Source: Azolla caroliniana
Taxonomy: Eukaryota > Plantae > Polypodiophyta
Direction: 5' to 3'
Length of the DNA stretch: 64,000 nucleotides
NCBI GenBank assembly: GCA_043228905.1
Contig: JBHGNT010000008.1
Span: 6,138,001-6,202,000, forward strand
Shown here in pieces: positions 49,801 to 62,229 of this stretch. The notes beneath the pieces were generated by a model. The model did no database searches, was not told the DNA's origin, and saw nothing but the letters and a program-made list of their open reading frames with translations. Positions within the stretch are counted from its first letter, which is position 1. Each line of letters starts with the position of its first letter. The position numbers and the translations under genes were made by a program.

Positions 49801-52800
49801 AGGGAAAGGAAAACAACAAGATATCACATGCTATCATTGTGGCCGTAAAGGTCATAAGAAACCTGATTGTAGATATTGGAAGATGGAACTAGAAAGGAAG
49901 AAGAATGTAGGAGAGAAGAAAAACAAAGATGATAAGTTTAATACAACAGAGAAAGTTAATATGGCGTCAGATGTTATCATTGAAGACCTATCTGGTGAAG
50001 ATGGTGATGTACTTTGTATTATAGGTGATGCCTTTATAGCTCATGTTCAAGACATGCAAATCACCAAAACAGATGTTATTGATGCTTTATTGTCAATCGA
50101 TGATGGATTGACACAGACATGGATAGTAGACTCAAGGGCTTCTTTTCATGTTACTCCATGTTTGGAGTGCTTTACCACATTTGATGCAAGCAGTTATGGA
50201 AAAGTTTATCTTGGTAACAATAGTGCTTGCAATATTGATGGTATTGGAACCATACACTTGTCTTTGGATAATGGTCAAGAGCTTGTGCTCAAAGATGTTA
50301 GGTATGTACCTGGCATTAAGAAAAGTTTGCTATTTGTAGGACAGATGGATTTGCATGGTTACACCCATAGATTGACACATGCGTGATATTCGTGATATTC
50401 TCCATGCACAACATTCTCAATATTCGAGAATACAAAATGGCCCCAAGAATATTAAAAAACCATTCGTTTTGTAAAATAAATATAAAAATTTATTTATTTA
50501 TTTAAATAAATGTATTTCAACAAAAAAAACAATTATTCATTAATAGATTATAGTGTCAAGAGAGTTTATGAAACTTATTTTAATAAACTAATTTTTTTAA
50601 AACGAATATTTTTATATTTATTATACAAATATGATTAGTATGAACTTTGAAAATATGATTAGTTTGAAGTACCATTTTTAATGTCAAGATAAAAATATCC
50701 ATAAATTTTGAGGAAATAAAAAGTGAGAAATTAATGAGCCTTTATTTTATTTTATTTATTTATTAAAAATAAAACGACTACACATTTATTATAAAAATTT
50801 AGTAGTGTCAAGTCCCCAAAGTCCCTCTTTTATTATCCCTATTTATTGTTAAGTTCCTTTTTTCTATCTTAGGAATTTTTTTAAAAAAAAGTTTTTTTTT
50901 GGGGGGGGGGGGGAGGTAAAACGAATACTTGACTACCCATTCGTATTCGTATTCGTTTTCATTCGAATGGGAAACCCCACGAATGCGAATATGTCAATCT
51001 ATGGTTACACCACATTATTCGGTGGTGGATTATGGAAACTAAAGAAAGGATCTATGGTTATTGTGAAAGGTTGCAAAAAGGGCACTTTGTACTGTTTGCA
51101 ATGTAAAGCTTTACCTGGAAAGTTTCTTGCTATTGCTGAATTCGACTCTCGTTTAGAGCTTTGGTATAAGCGATTAGGACATATGAGCCAAAAAGGAATT
51201 GAAGTCCTTTCTGCTTTAAAAAGATTTGATGTTAAAGGATCAAAGCTAGTTTTTTGTAATGATTGTCTATTTGGCAAACAAGTGAGAAATTCTTATTATT
51301 CTGGTATCTCTCGTAAACCAAAAGTGCTAGATTTGGTGCATTCTGATGTATGTAGAATGCCTGTAAAATCCTTGGGCGGTGCTGCATATTTTATTTCCTT
51401 TATCGATGATTATTCTAGGAAGATTTGGGTGTACTTGATGAAAAGAAAAGGTGATGCATTTGATGCATTTAAATCTTTTCATGCATTTGTGACTACTCAA
51501 AAACGAACAAAACTGAAATGTCTCAGAACAGATAATGGGGGTGAGTTTACATCTGCAGAATTCAAGTCTTATTGTGACTTACATGGTATTAAAAGAGAGC
51601 TTACAGCTTTATATAACCCTTCATCAAATGGGGTGGCAGAAAGGTATAATAGGACCTTCTGTGAGCGAGTACGATGTATGCTGTCCATAGCTAATCTCCC
51701 TCATGAATTTTGGGGAGAAGCATTAAAAACCGTGGTTCATATATGTAATTGTTCTCCCAACAAGTCTGTAAAAAATGGAATCCCTGAGGAGGTTTGGTCT
51801 GGCAAACCAGCCTCATATGACCATTTATGAATTTTCGGTTGTGATGCGTTTGTACACATTAGAAGCGAGCTGAGAAATAAGCTCAATGCTAAGTCCACCA
51901 TGGGCATTTTTATGGGCTATGGTGATGAAGGTGAAATGGGCTATAGGATTTGGTTACCTCAGTCCAGAAAAATTGTACGCAGCCAGGATGTTGTTTTTAA
52001 TGAAGAAAAGTTGCTGAAAAATGCTTGTTCCTTTGTTGGGAACTCTAAGAGCATTACATTTCAGCAATTACAGCCATCCACAAAATCTGAAAATAAACCT
52101 CATGATGCTATACCAAAGGTTGAATATGATGATTGACCGGTTATCTTTGAGCTAGAAGAAGTTGGACAGCAAAGAGATGCTCATGAAGGTATTGGTCAAC
52201 GAGATGAAGGTATTGAAGAACAAAATATAGATGTCGAACAACATGCTGGACATGGTTTGCAACAGCCAGAAAGTGCTGAAAATGATTTTCCTCTAGATTT
52301 AGAACCAATCCCAGAAAATACTGATCATTGGGTACGTAGGTCTAATCGTTCAAGGAGGTAGGTATATAGATATGACCCCTCTTTGCATTATTCCATGCTG
52401 TCAGATGAGGGTGAACCTCTTACTTATAAGGAGGCAATGTCATGTGAACTTAGCAGTAAGTGGGAGCTTGCAATGCAAGAAGAAATAAAATCTTTATATG
52501 CAAATGATACATGGGATCTTGTGTCCTTACCTCAAGGAAGGAAAGCTCTTCCAAATAAGTGGGTTTATAAGGTAAATGAAATTGAAGGGAAACCAAAATA
52601 CAAGGCAAGATTAGTTGCCAAGGGTTATGCACAGAAGGAAGGTATTGACATCCAAGAGGTCTTCTCTCCTGTTTTGAAGATGACCACACTTCGTGTGCTA
52701 TTTGCTCTCACTGCACTGCTTAATTTGGAGTTGTACCAAATGGATGTAAAGACCGCTTTTTTGCATGGTGATATTGATGAAGAGATCTACATGAAACAAC

Positions 52801-54967
52801 TTGAGGGTTTTGTAGTCTCTAACAAGGAGCATTTGGTATGCAAACTAAAACGTAGCTTGTATGGCCTAAAACAAGCACCATGACAGTGGTATAAGAAGTT
52901 TGATGCTTTTATGCTTTCTCAAGGCTTTGATCATAGCTATGCAGATCATTGCTTATACACGAAAAAGGATATCGCTGACAGTCCTATCATACTTGTTCTA
53001 TATGTGGATCATATGTTGTTAGTTGGGAAAAGAAAGACTAGTCTTGATGCTCTAAAAGATCAACTGAAATTGGTCTTCTCTATGAAAGATTTGGGAAATG
53101 CAGAGCATATTTTGGGCATGAGAATCAGTAGAAACAGAAAAGACAAATTGTTGTTTTTGTCACAAGAAAAGTATATTGAAAAAGTGCTTAACATATTTAA
53201 TATGGCAGAAGCAAAGTCCCTTGGAGTTCCTTTGCCGTCATATCTTAAACTCAGCAAGGCTGATTGCCCAAAGGATGAGATGGAAATCAATGCTATGAAG
53301 GGAATTCCTTATGCATCAGCATGTGGTTCTCTAATGTATGCTATGGTAGCTACTCGTCCAGATATTGCTTATGCAGTGGGAGTTGTTAGTCGCTATATGT
53401 CTAATCCTGGGAAAGCACATTGGGAGGCTGTCAAGTGTGTTTTCAGGTATCTTAAAGGTACACAGAGAAAATGTTTATGCTATGGGAAGGGTGCATTAAA
53501 TTTGCAGGGATATTGTGACTTGGATACACGTAAGTCTACTAGCGGGTATATATTTACAGTTGCTGGTGGAGCAGTGTCTTGGTGCTCCAAATTACAAAAG
53601 ATTGTAGCACTGAGTACTACTGAAGCTGAATATATTTCAGCTACAGAAGCTTCAAAGGAAGCTATATGGCTCAGCAGACTTGGTGAAGATCTTGGCATGT
53701 CTGCTAGTACTCTTGTGTTAGGATGTGATAGCTAGAGTGCTGTGTATCTGGCTAAGAATGCCATGTTTCATTCGCGCACCAAACACATTGATGTGCGACA
53801 TCACTTTATCAGACAAGTTTTGGAGAATGGTCTAGTCACATTGACCAAGATCAAAACACAGGATAATCCTGCAGATATTCTCACTAAAAGTCTTGGCAAA
53901 GCTCAACATGAGCAGTGCATACAGTTAGGGGGAGTTACTTGAATGTTCACATCGGACCTTTAAGTGGGAGGTTGTTAGGTGTAAAGGCCCGTAGTTCACA
54001 AATTAGGTAATTATTCGTATATGTGAACACATTGTTCACCTGGACAGGACACCTCCTTTTGTAATGTGAACACACCACTTTCTTTGTAAGGTTAACTAAT
54101 ATAATAACCTTTTTTTTCTTGTGTACCAATCAAGGCGGTTGGGTACACCAAAGATCTGCGTGTCTCTACTCTCATCTCTACTACAGTCCTGTTTTGCTGA
54201 ATGTCATCTCTCAATAGCTGATCCGTCAAACATCCCTCTTTACCTTTACATAAGACGAGCACGTGGCACAGTGTCAAAGGATTTTCGGAAATCCACGAAG
54301 CAGCAATAAATCCTCTTATTATGGGCTTTGCCCTCCTCAATAAGGGCCTGGAGGGTGAATATGTGATCCAAAGTTGTGAAACCTTTCCGAAAGCCTGCTT
54401 GTCCAACTGAACGGCAGCCATTCCGCTCTACCCATATACTCAATTTTGATTCTAGAATCGAGCCATATAGTTTAGCCAAGTAATGGCCAATCATGATTGT
54501 CCTATAGTTGCTTGGCATCATGGGGTCTCCACTCATGAGGATTGGCACAAAGGTATGCTGGGTCCATCTAGTAGGGAAACCTTCACACATGGCTGTATTA
54601 AAGATGTGTGCTAGCAATGGGAGCAAGGTGTCACAGGCATAGATAAAGTGCTCACCCACCAATCCATCATGATCTTGGGCCTTCCCAAATTGTAGCCGAT
54701 CAATGGCATTTCTTACATTTTGTGGAGTAAAAAGGGTTGACTCATGTGGGCGTGAGCCATGTGGGTGGGGAAGAGGAGGTTGCCCTAGGATATCATATAG
54801 AACCTTTGCATATTCATGCCATACCTGAGGTGAGGTCAGTTGTGTGGTAGGTTGCCTCTCATTAAACATTTTCCTTGCTGTTTTACTTGTCCTAGAAACA
54901 AGTGATACAAATGATCTTCAAATTTAGCCAAATACAATTTCTTCTTGCTTACTAGGCGTTGGGAGGT

Positions 54968-55049
<82 letters not shown>

Positions 55050-55982
55050 CACAGAGAGAGAGAGAAAACACAGAGAGAGTATATTACAGGAACCTTTCTC
55101 GGTCCTTTGCTCCATTGGCAATTTGGTTGTACAAGTGCATGGCATGTTGTCTTTTATTTATTTGGTCCATTTCAGGCTCCCTAAACGACCACAAGGCAAA
55201 AAAGGCCCTTATTATGAATATTCGGGTCTTTGGGTTCTTTATGGCTTGGCGTCAATGAACTCTTGGTTTTGGAGTGCTCTGTTCCATGCAAGGTATGTGT
55301 ATGTCTTGCTCTTGAGTTTACTGCAAAATGGCATTATATGAATGAGTCTTTACATGTATTGGTGATCTGACAGGGACACAGCATTTACGGAGAAGCTCGA
55401 CTATTCATCAGCAATTGCTCTATTAGGTATTGCACTTATTGTAGCAACTATTAGGTCCTTCAATTTAAGGATCGAGGCAGCTAGAGTGATGGTAGCTGCA
55501 CCAGTTATAGCATTTGTTGCTACTCATATTCTTTATCTGCATTTCTATGAGTTTGATTATGGTATGTGTATTTATCAAATTCCTTGTAAAATCTCAGGTC
55601 AAACTTTATTTTTGTTAATTATTTTGTGATTATCCTAATTTAAGATTATGATGTTGATCTGTATGCAGATTGGAACATTAAGGTGTGTGTTACAATTGCT
55701 GCACTGCAATTGCTTATTTGGACAGTGTGGGCTGGTTATAGCAACCATCCTTCAAGGTTTAAGCTATGGTTTGTTGTTTTATTGGGATCACTAGCTATGC
55801 TTCTAGAGATTTTTGACTTTCCTCCCATATATGGCTACTTTGATGCTCATTCCATATGGCATGCTGTGACTATACCTTTGACATGGGTCTGGTGGTCTTT
55901 CATCAAAGATGATGCATCATTCCGAACCAAACAACAACTTAGAAGAGCAAGTGAAAGTGAAGACACCAAGAAGGTCCAGTGA
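43002..55982 (+). CDS. PGAP3: Post-GPI attachment to proteins factor 3 (Per1-like) GPI-remodelling membrane protein
   Basis: Exons 43002-43105, 45169-45427, 55090-55292, 55374-55561, 55669-55982; total 1068 nt, about 355 aa, all GT-AG. Signal peptide plus SDGD.DP.YR.CV; WDC..EC.Y.CM; KYHGKWP..R.FG.QEP.S; NSWFWSA.FH.RD..FTEKLDYSSA; LLE.FDFPP..GY.DAHS.WH. Confidence 0.95.
46812..46885. repeat. (GA)n microsatellite, left flank of LINE
   Basis: Pure GA run, about 37 units. Confidence 0.95.
49136..53942 (+). pseudogene. Copia gag-pol polyprotein with MITE insertion and nonsense mutations
   Basis: Gag with CYHCGRKGHKKPDC knuckle, protease WIVDS.ASFH, integrase (HSDV, LRTDNGGEF, NGVAER), RT (YKARLVAKG, QMDVKTAFL, LYVD) and RNase H (LSTTEAEY, RTKHIDVR.HFIR). 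In-frame stops at about 51828, 52134, 52359, 52881 and 53733. Confidence 0.93.
50366..51003. mobile_element. hAT-type MITE inserted in copia pol
   Basis: TIR catagattgaca / tgtcaatctatg. Perfect 8-bp TSD GTTACACC (50358-65, 51004-11). AT-rich body with attcg subterminal repeats. Confidence 0.95.
54971..55079. repeat. (GA)n microsatellite, right flank of LINE, abutting the exon 3 acceptor
   Basis: Pure GA run 54971-55046 followed by two aaacacagagagag units. Confidence 0.95.
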
Positions 55983-57717
55983 ATTATCTATCTCTCCATT
56001 CTGGAACTTATTCTAGTTTGGACATTTTAACGGTTGGTCGTGTCTGATTCTTTAGTGGCAACATGAGTGTAGTGAAAGGTGAGAATAATTTCATCATCTT
56101 GGAGTTGATTCTCGGTTTTGCATTTTAACTTACCTCTTTAACCATTTTCATTGGTTTAGAGTTGGTGATTGATTGTACACTATCTTTTCTAGTAAGATTG
56201 GGACATGATCATATGGCTGAATCAAAAGAAGCACTGACTCCAAATCAAGGAGGTTGATTGCCTGTAATTTCTTTTTTCTATTAAAGTTCAAAATTTTGGT
56301 GTGGCCAAAAATATGAGCATTGAATGATTTTGGGGCAATAATACCCTTAACGTACATTTGCAAAGATTCATCCAACTATTTTTAAAAATATGAGCATTGA
56401 ATGGTTTTGGGATGATAATACCCTTTATTTAAGCATTTGAAAGTATTCAGAAGTGTTTGCTTTCGTTTAGTGTTGAACATGATATCATATGTTCTATTAA
56501 TAAAGAGACACCAAGAGAGGTTCACATTGTTAACTTCTGATCAAGTTGTGGTTGATTGTGCATGCATTTCCCACTTCGATACTTCCAATGCGAACAGTTG
56601 GCAATACAAACATTGCTGAAATAAAGTGATATGTGCTACATATATTTAGATTGTTCTTTGGCATATGAAAGTAGTATGAAATGAATGAAAAGAATAAGTA
56701 ATGTAAAATATACATTCTAGTGATGCTTTTGGGCCCTTTCAAAATATCGCTGATATAGTTTGACAGTTGTTTTATCTTCATGAGCAACAACATACTTTAT
56801 AGAAGCATTGATAGTGTCGCTAGACTTTTTCTGGTGTGTTGGTTTGTTTTCTTGAATTTTGATGTTACTGGTTGCAATACGAATATCAATTGTGCAACGG
56901 AGGCTGAAACTGGACTCATACAATCCGTAGAACTAGAGGAATCTATTTCCTGCTTTGATTTCTTCCATTACTACAAGATCAGGTGCTACTTCTATTGCTG
57001 TTTGTCATTGTATGTTTGATGCTAGCTGAACTTTCATATCCTTTGGTCTTTATGCTTCTAGTATGCTTCCACTGCCATGTGTGTTTTTAGCCAATCAATG
57101 ATGCATCATCTATGATACTCAATCCCGCTCCTTGTGCAGCTAAATGCTGATTATGATAATGAGATGCAATTTTTTTTTTACAGCCTCTGTCCTCTCTCTA
57201 GAGCTTCATCCTTAATTTCAAGTGTGGTATTAGTGTGGATACTATCTTGTACCAATTGTGGCAACCATGGTTACATTCACTATTTTTTTATGGGTGGTCT
57301 ATTTGATAAACTTATATAGCTTATGCTCTCTTTTCTCAGTAAAAATGGAGTGCTTAGCACATTATACACTTAGAGGGCCACTCTCGGCTCGCGTCCGCGC
57401 ACCTCCTTCTTCTTCCATGCTTTCTTCGGTGGTGTCACCTTCGATGCCAGTGAAAGGGAAGACATGAATTGCTCCATGTATGTTTTTTGTACTAGATTAC
57501 ACTCATATCCACTAATGACTTGTATATGGAGTGTTGGGACCCTACTACATGAATGAGGACATGCCTATTTCATGGTGTACATTTTTTTGTTTTAGAGTGT
57601 TTTAGCATATTGAAAACAGATTTGTTTATGCTATACAAAATTTCCTTTACTCTAGAAATATGGTACTCATCACCACTAGAAGCATTGATAGTGTACTCAA
57701 AATCTGGTGGTGATGAG

Positions 57718-57876
57718 CAGGGCAAAAATTTGACGGGTGTAATGCCCGTCAAAAACATACATCTAATAAAAATGTCCGTCAAATGACATATAAAGTATAA
57801 AATTTTCCTTTTCATATGAAAGGCCACTAAAAATTATCCATGTCAAATGACATGCTAAAATTCTAATTTCCATGTC

Positions 57877-57933
<57 letters not shown>

Positions 57934-58104
57934 AACTAATAAGTTATAAGTTATAACTATGTGTGTAGTATGTAGTTACAACTTACTAAGTTACTAGTAT
58001 AAAGTGTGTAATATACTAGGTCCTAGAATTAAGAGTCTAGTCTAATATATATTAATATGACAATATTATAACTTCTAAGTTTATATATATGTATTTAGTT
58101 ACTA

Positions 58105-58138
<34 letters not shown>

Positions 58139-59452
58139 TATATGTTTTTTAAAAACACACTTAAAATAAAAAATATAAATTGTAAGTTGTAAATTGTAAT
58201 GATGAATCATGATTTATGATATAAATTCTCAAATCGATTTAAAATTTTAACAATAACATTAGTCATTTATTAAATACTCTAATATACTTTTTTTTTCGAA
58301 AAAAAAATACTTTAAATTCTAATATACTAGAGTGTAGAGTCTAGACTCTAGGTTTAATTTAAGTTTTAATTTAAAACTAAAAATTTTACTAACCATCTTT
58401 TTATACTTATAAGTTATTACATTTTACTATTATCTATGCTTTATTAAAAAATTAAGGTTAATAATAACTTATTAGTACAGAACAAAGGTGAGTACTTCTA
58501 TTAGGGTAGCAAGCTATTCTTCCACAGTCCACTTAAAAATTATTGATTTTATATGTAGTTTTTCTGCAGCAACAATAGAAGAAGACACCCTTCAAGGCTA
58601 GGCTTAAGCTTCAACATTTTAAATAGGTAAGTTACCATCTATTACATTATGTAATATTATACAATATAGTTTTTGTATTACTTAAGCAATAACTTGCCTG
58701 ATTGTATTATATTGAAATGAAATACTTTTAATACACAAGTTTTAAGTTAAAATTAAAACTTTTAATAGTTACCATCCTTTTTATAGTTATTAAGTTATTA
58801 CTAATAACTATCATCTATGCTTTATGAAGAAATTAAGGTTAGTAATAACTTATTAGTATAGAAAATAAGTGAGTAAGTACTTCTATTAGGGTAGCAAGCT
58901 ATTGTTTCACTTAAAAATTATTGATTTCATATGTATTTCTACAGCAACAATAGAAGAAGACATCCTTCAAGGCTAGGCTCAAGCTTCAACATTTCAAATA
59001 GGCAAGTTACCATCTATTACATTATGTAATATTATACAATATAGTTTTTGTATTATTTAAACAATAACTTGGCTGTTTGTATTATATTGAAATGAAATAG
59101 TTTTAATACACAAGTTTTAAGTTAAAATTAAAACTTTTAACAGTTACCATTCTTTTTATAGTTATTAAGTTATTACTAATAACTATCATCTATGCTTTAT
59201 GAAGAAATTAAGGTTAGTAATAACTTATTAGTAATAACTTATTAGTAATCTTTGTGAGGTAGTTATGTTCATTTGTGTACTTTCTATAGCAATAAAATAT
59301 ATAACAATGTAACATTACATAGAGCTTTTCATGTCTAAAATCTGTATGTCAAATGACATGTTAAGTTTTTGCAATCTTCTGTCATATGACATACATCTTT
59401 AAAAAATGCCCGTCAAAAAACTTTAAGACTAACCCGTCAATTTTAGGCCCTG
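57718..59452. mobile_element. Non-autonomous hAT element (about 1.7 kb)
   Basis: TIR cagggcaaaaatttgacggg / cccgtcaattttaggccctg. Perfect 8-bp TSD GTGATGAG (57710-17, 59453-60). Subterminal tgtcaaatgaca motifs, (TA)n tracts and an internal tandem duplication of about 377 bp. Confidence 0.93.
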
Positions 59453-62110
59453 GTGATGAGTACCATATTTCTTGAGTAAAGTGGCTTGGTTTCACAAAAT
59501 CCTCCTCGTAAGTAATATAATCTCAATGTTGAATAAATTTGCCAAATTTGATTACATTACAAGCAAGCCTTGTGGGCATTTACCACAATGATTTATATTT
59601 TCTGGAAAAAGATATCATTTCATTAGTGTAACAGTTTACAAGATTTTGAACTCTATGTGATTTGCGGAGGAAACAACCATTTTGGAGGTTGAAAGTGCTA
59701 GAAAAGAGTGCCATTCTTGGAGGTCATGAATGGAGTAGCTGTCCACACGATAAGAAACTCATGATGTTGAGCAGTTTTAGCATCAAAATCTCCAACTATA
59801 CCATCCCATTGATCCTTCAAAGTATGAACCATGTCCAACCAAATATTTGTAACCAATTCAGCTGGTGATGCTTTAATTAGAGACGGTAATGGCAGTGCAC
59901 AAACACTTCAAGGTTTCGTGTAAAATCCATGGCCCATGGCCCATAGATTCAGTGTTGTAATGGAAAGCATAATAGACAAGTGACATCCAAACCATCGTGC
60001 CCCATGTGAAAACCAATGGGGGAAATTAGCTCGCTAAAATTCTGAGGCGTTGTCATACCAGCTAAGACTCAATGTGTTCCCATAAACAATGTTTTCGAGT
60101 TTCAGTTTGTAAATGACAGCAAGCACAACTAGAAGATCTGCCCGTCTTGCGCAACCATATGCCAACAAGCAAGGCTCGATGTAACCACTGTACGTGCAGT
60201 ATTTGTTTGTGGCTGTTTTCTTGCCCATAGGTTTACCACAAAAAAAATTTAGTGTTATATATTTTCTTTTGATTTCCCCTTCCTCTCAATATAACACAAG
60301 AAATAGTGTTATTCTTGCAACTTTCGCCACCTTAGTGGTGAAAAAGCTTGGATTTCAAAATTGAATTGGGTGGTTTAATTTTCAAGGAAGTGTGATATAA
60401 TTGTATTTGAGCATACAACACATCCCATACGGCACATAAAGCAGTTCCGTTTCTGAACATTTGATTGACTGGAGTAGCAACATCACCATTGAAACTGAGG
60501 AGACATCCGTTTGTTTTCGTTGTTACCTTTATTGCTCTTGCTCAAATTCTCCAAGTACTCAACACGTCTACACAACATGGAGTTAAAAGTTTCTTTCATA
60601 TTTCTATATACTTTGTATTAAACAAATCTTACCTTGGATGTCAAAATTGAGTTGGTTAATTTCCATTTAAATATTTAAATAATTGGATTCAAGCATTTGA
60701 TCCATATGGTACATAATGTAACTTTCTTTTGAAAGTATGGTTGACCAAAGGAGCAACCTCAACACTCATACACAAGAAACATTGTGAAAAAATGTTTGTA
60801 CTACAGTAATTTGTGTTAGTACCTTCATTAATCATGCTTGACTCACTTCAAGCTAGGAACTGAATCTTCGAGTCTTTCTTTCCATCCTCTTATCTTTGCA
60901 TGACCAAGCTTGGATCTCATAACTAAATCGGGTAGTCTATTTGCATTGAAGAATGCATCTTTACATGGTAGAAAGTGTCATTCCATCAGTTTCCATGGCG
61001 ACCGAGCTTGGATCTCATAACTGAATCAGGAAATCTAATATTTTTTGAAGTATTACATGTTTGGATTTGATCATATATATTCCACATGCCACATCACACA
61101 AACTTCTTTCACAACTTTCTGATAAACCTGGCTGACATTGTGTAAAAATGTTTGTGCTCTTGTTTTTGTTGTTACAGTTTATTGATCTTGCCTGGCTTAC
61201 TTGCCCATCTAGGCTAATTTGCCGCACCTTTTTGCGTAATTACTTGTTAAATGTTCTTCTTTTCACATTCACACAATAATGCCTTTACCAAATCATGCTT
61301 GCTTTCCACGCGCCTAAATTGGACTTGAGATCACTAATGTCGATCAAGGAAAGCTAGAAAAAAGGGGAATGCAACAACCAATTCAGTCAATATTTGAGTT
61401 TGATCTATGTGATACAACTCGATTTAGATAAAGTCTGGATTCCATGGATTCCAGAAAAGATAACTAGCGGAAAGCAATTCTTATTAAGTGGTTTAAGTTG
61501 CTAACCTTATTAGGTATAATCATATGCTCTCTTTAGATCTTCTTTCACTGCATCGACACATTGTTCCTCATATTCCTCTGCATTTCAAACTGTGTGGGCT
61601 GCAAAAAACGGAGACAAATTTGAGAAATTAATAAAACAAGGCTTAAATGTTCTAATCATGATACAAGATAAAAGACATAACAGAATGTGTTTTGTATAAC
61701 ATAGAGCATACACATCTATCTATATAAGCATACATATACACATATATGAATTGTTAGCATTTAGGATGATCATGATAGGCTCTGTACCCCCACCCAATCC
61801 TAAGAAATGTGAGCATGTAACCCAATAATATACAGTGTAGGGATCTCATTGATCGACTTCTCTGGATATCCCTGCCCCTAGTATGTTTCAGTCTTTTTTG
61901 CTTGCTTTTTGGTTGGTTTAGTTTGTAACCTTGCTTATCATATGGTTGTAGGAATAATACTTTGTACATTTTTCCTAGTCCCATGGGTCATGTTTCTGGC
62001 ATTCCGTGGATGTGAAGTATCATCATCATCCCCTGTTATTACCCTAACCTGTCCTCACCCATGGTGGTACTTCACTGTCAGATTTCATTTCATAGATGTA
62101 ATATGTATCC

Positions 62111-62145
<35 letters not shown>

Positions 62146-62229
62146 TATAGTATGTACATATAAATGTGCATATACATATAAATATACCATGCATATATAC
62201 ATATCTATACAGACACAATGTAGGCTCAG

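Larger units (their letters stand above)
48661..54248 (+). mobile_element. Full-length Ty1/copia LTR retrotransposon, young, nested in LINE
   Basis: LTRs 48661-48937 and 53973-54248 differ by 3 substitutions and 1 indel. TSD CATAA (48656-60, 54249-53) restores the LINE frame. PBS tggtatcagagc at 48940; PPT aagtgggag about 53962. Confidence 0.97.
46886..54970 (-). mobile_element. 5'-truncated RTE-like LINE in PGAP3 intron 2, split by a copia insertion (LINE parts 46886-48660 and 54249-54970)
   Basis: GKAQD.DG..GE, NYRTIM, GQAGFRKG.TTLDHIFTL, YCCFVDFRK.FDTVPRARLM|QRL.., QGCPL, LLY.DDIVL, NMDKTKVMVF, YTYLGV. The 3' end finishes ..ttttgatttgt at 46886. Confidence 0.88.

Noticed and set aside
54924-55258. 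ORFs rich in ER or LS repeats (also 46739-46984 and 34038-34307)
   Set aside because: Artefacts of stop-free (GA)n/(CT)n microsatellites.
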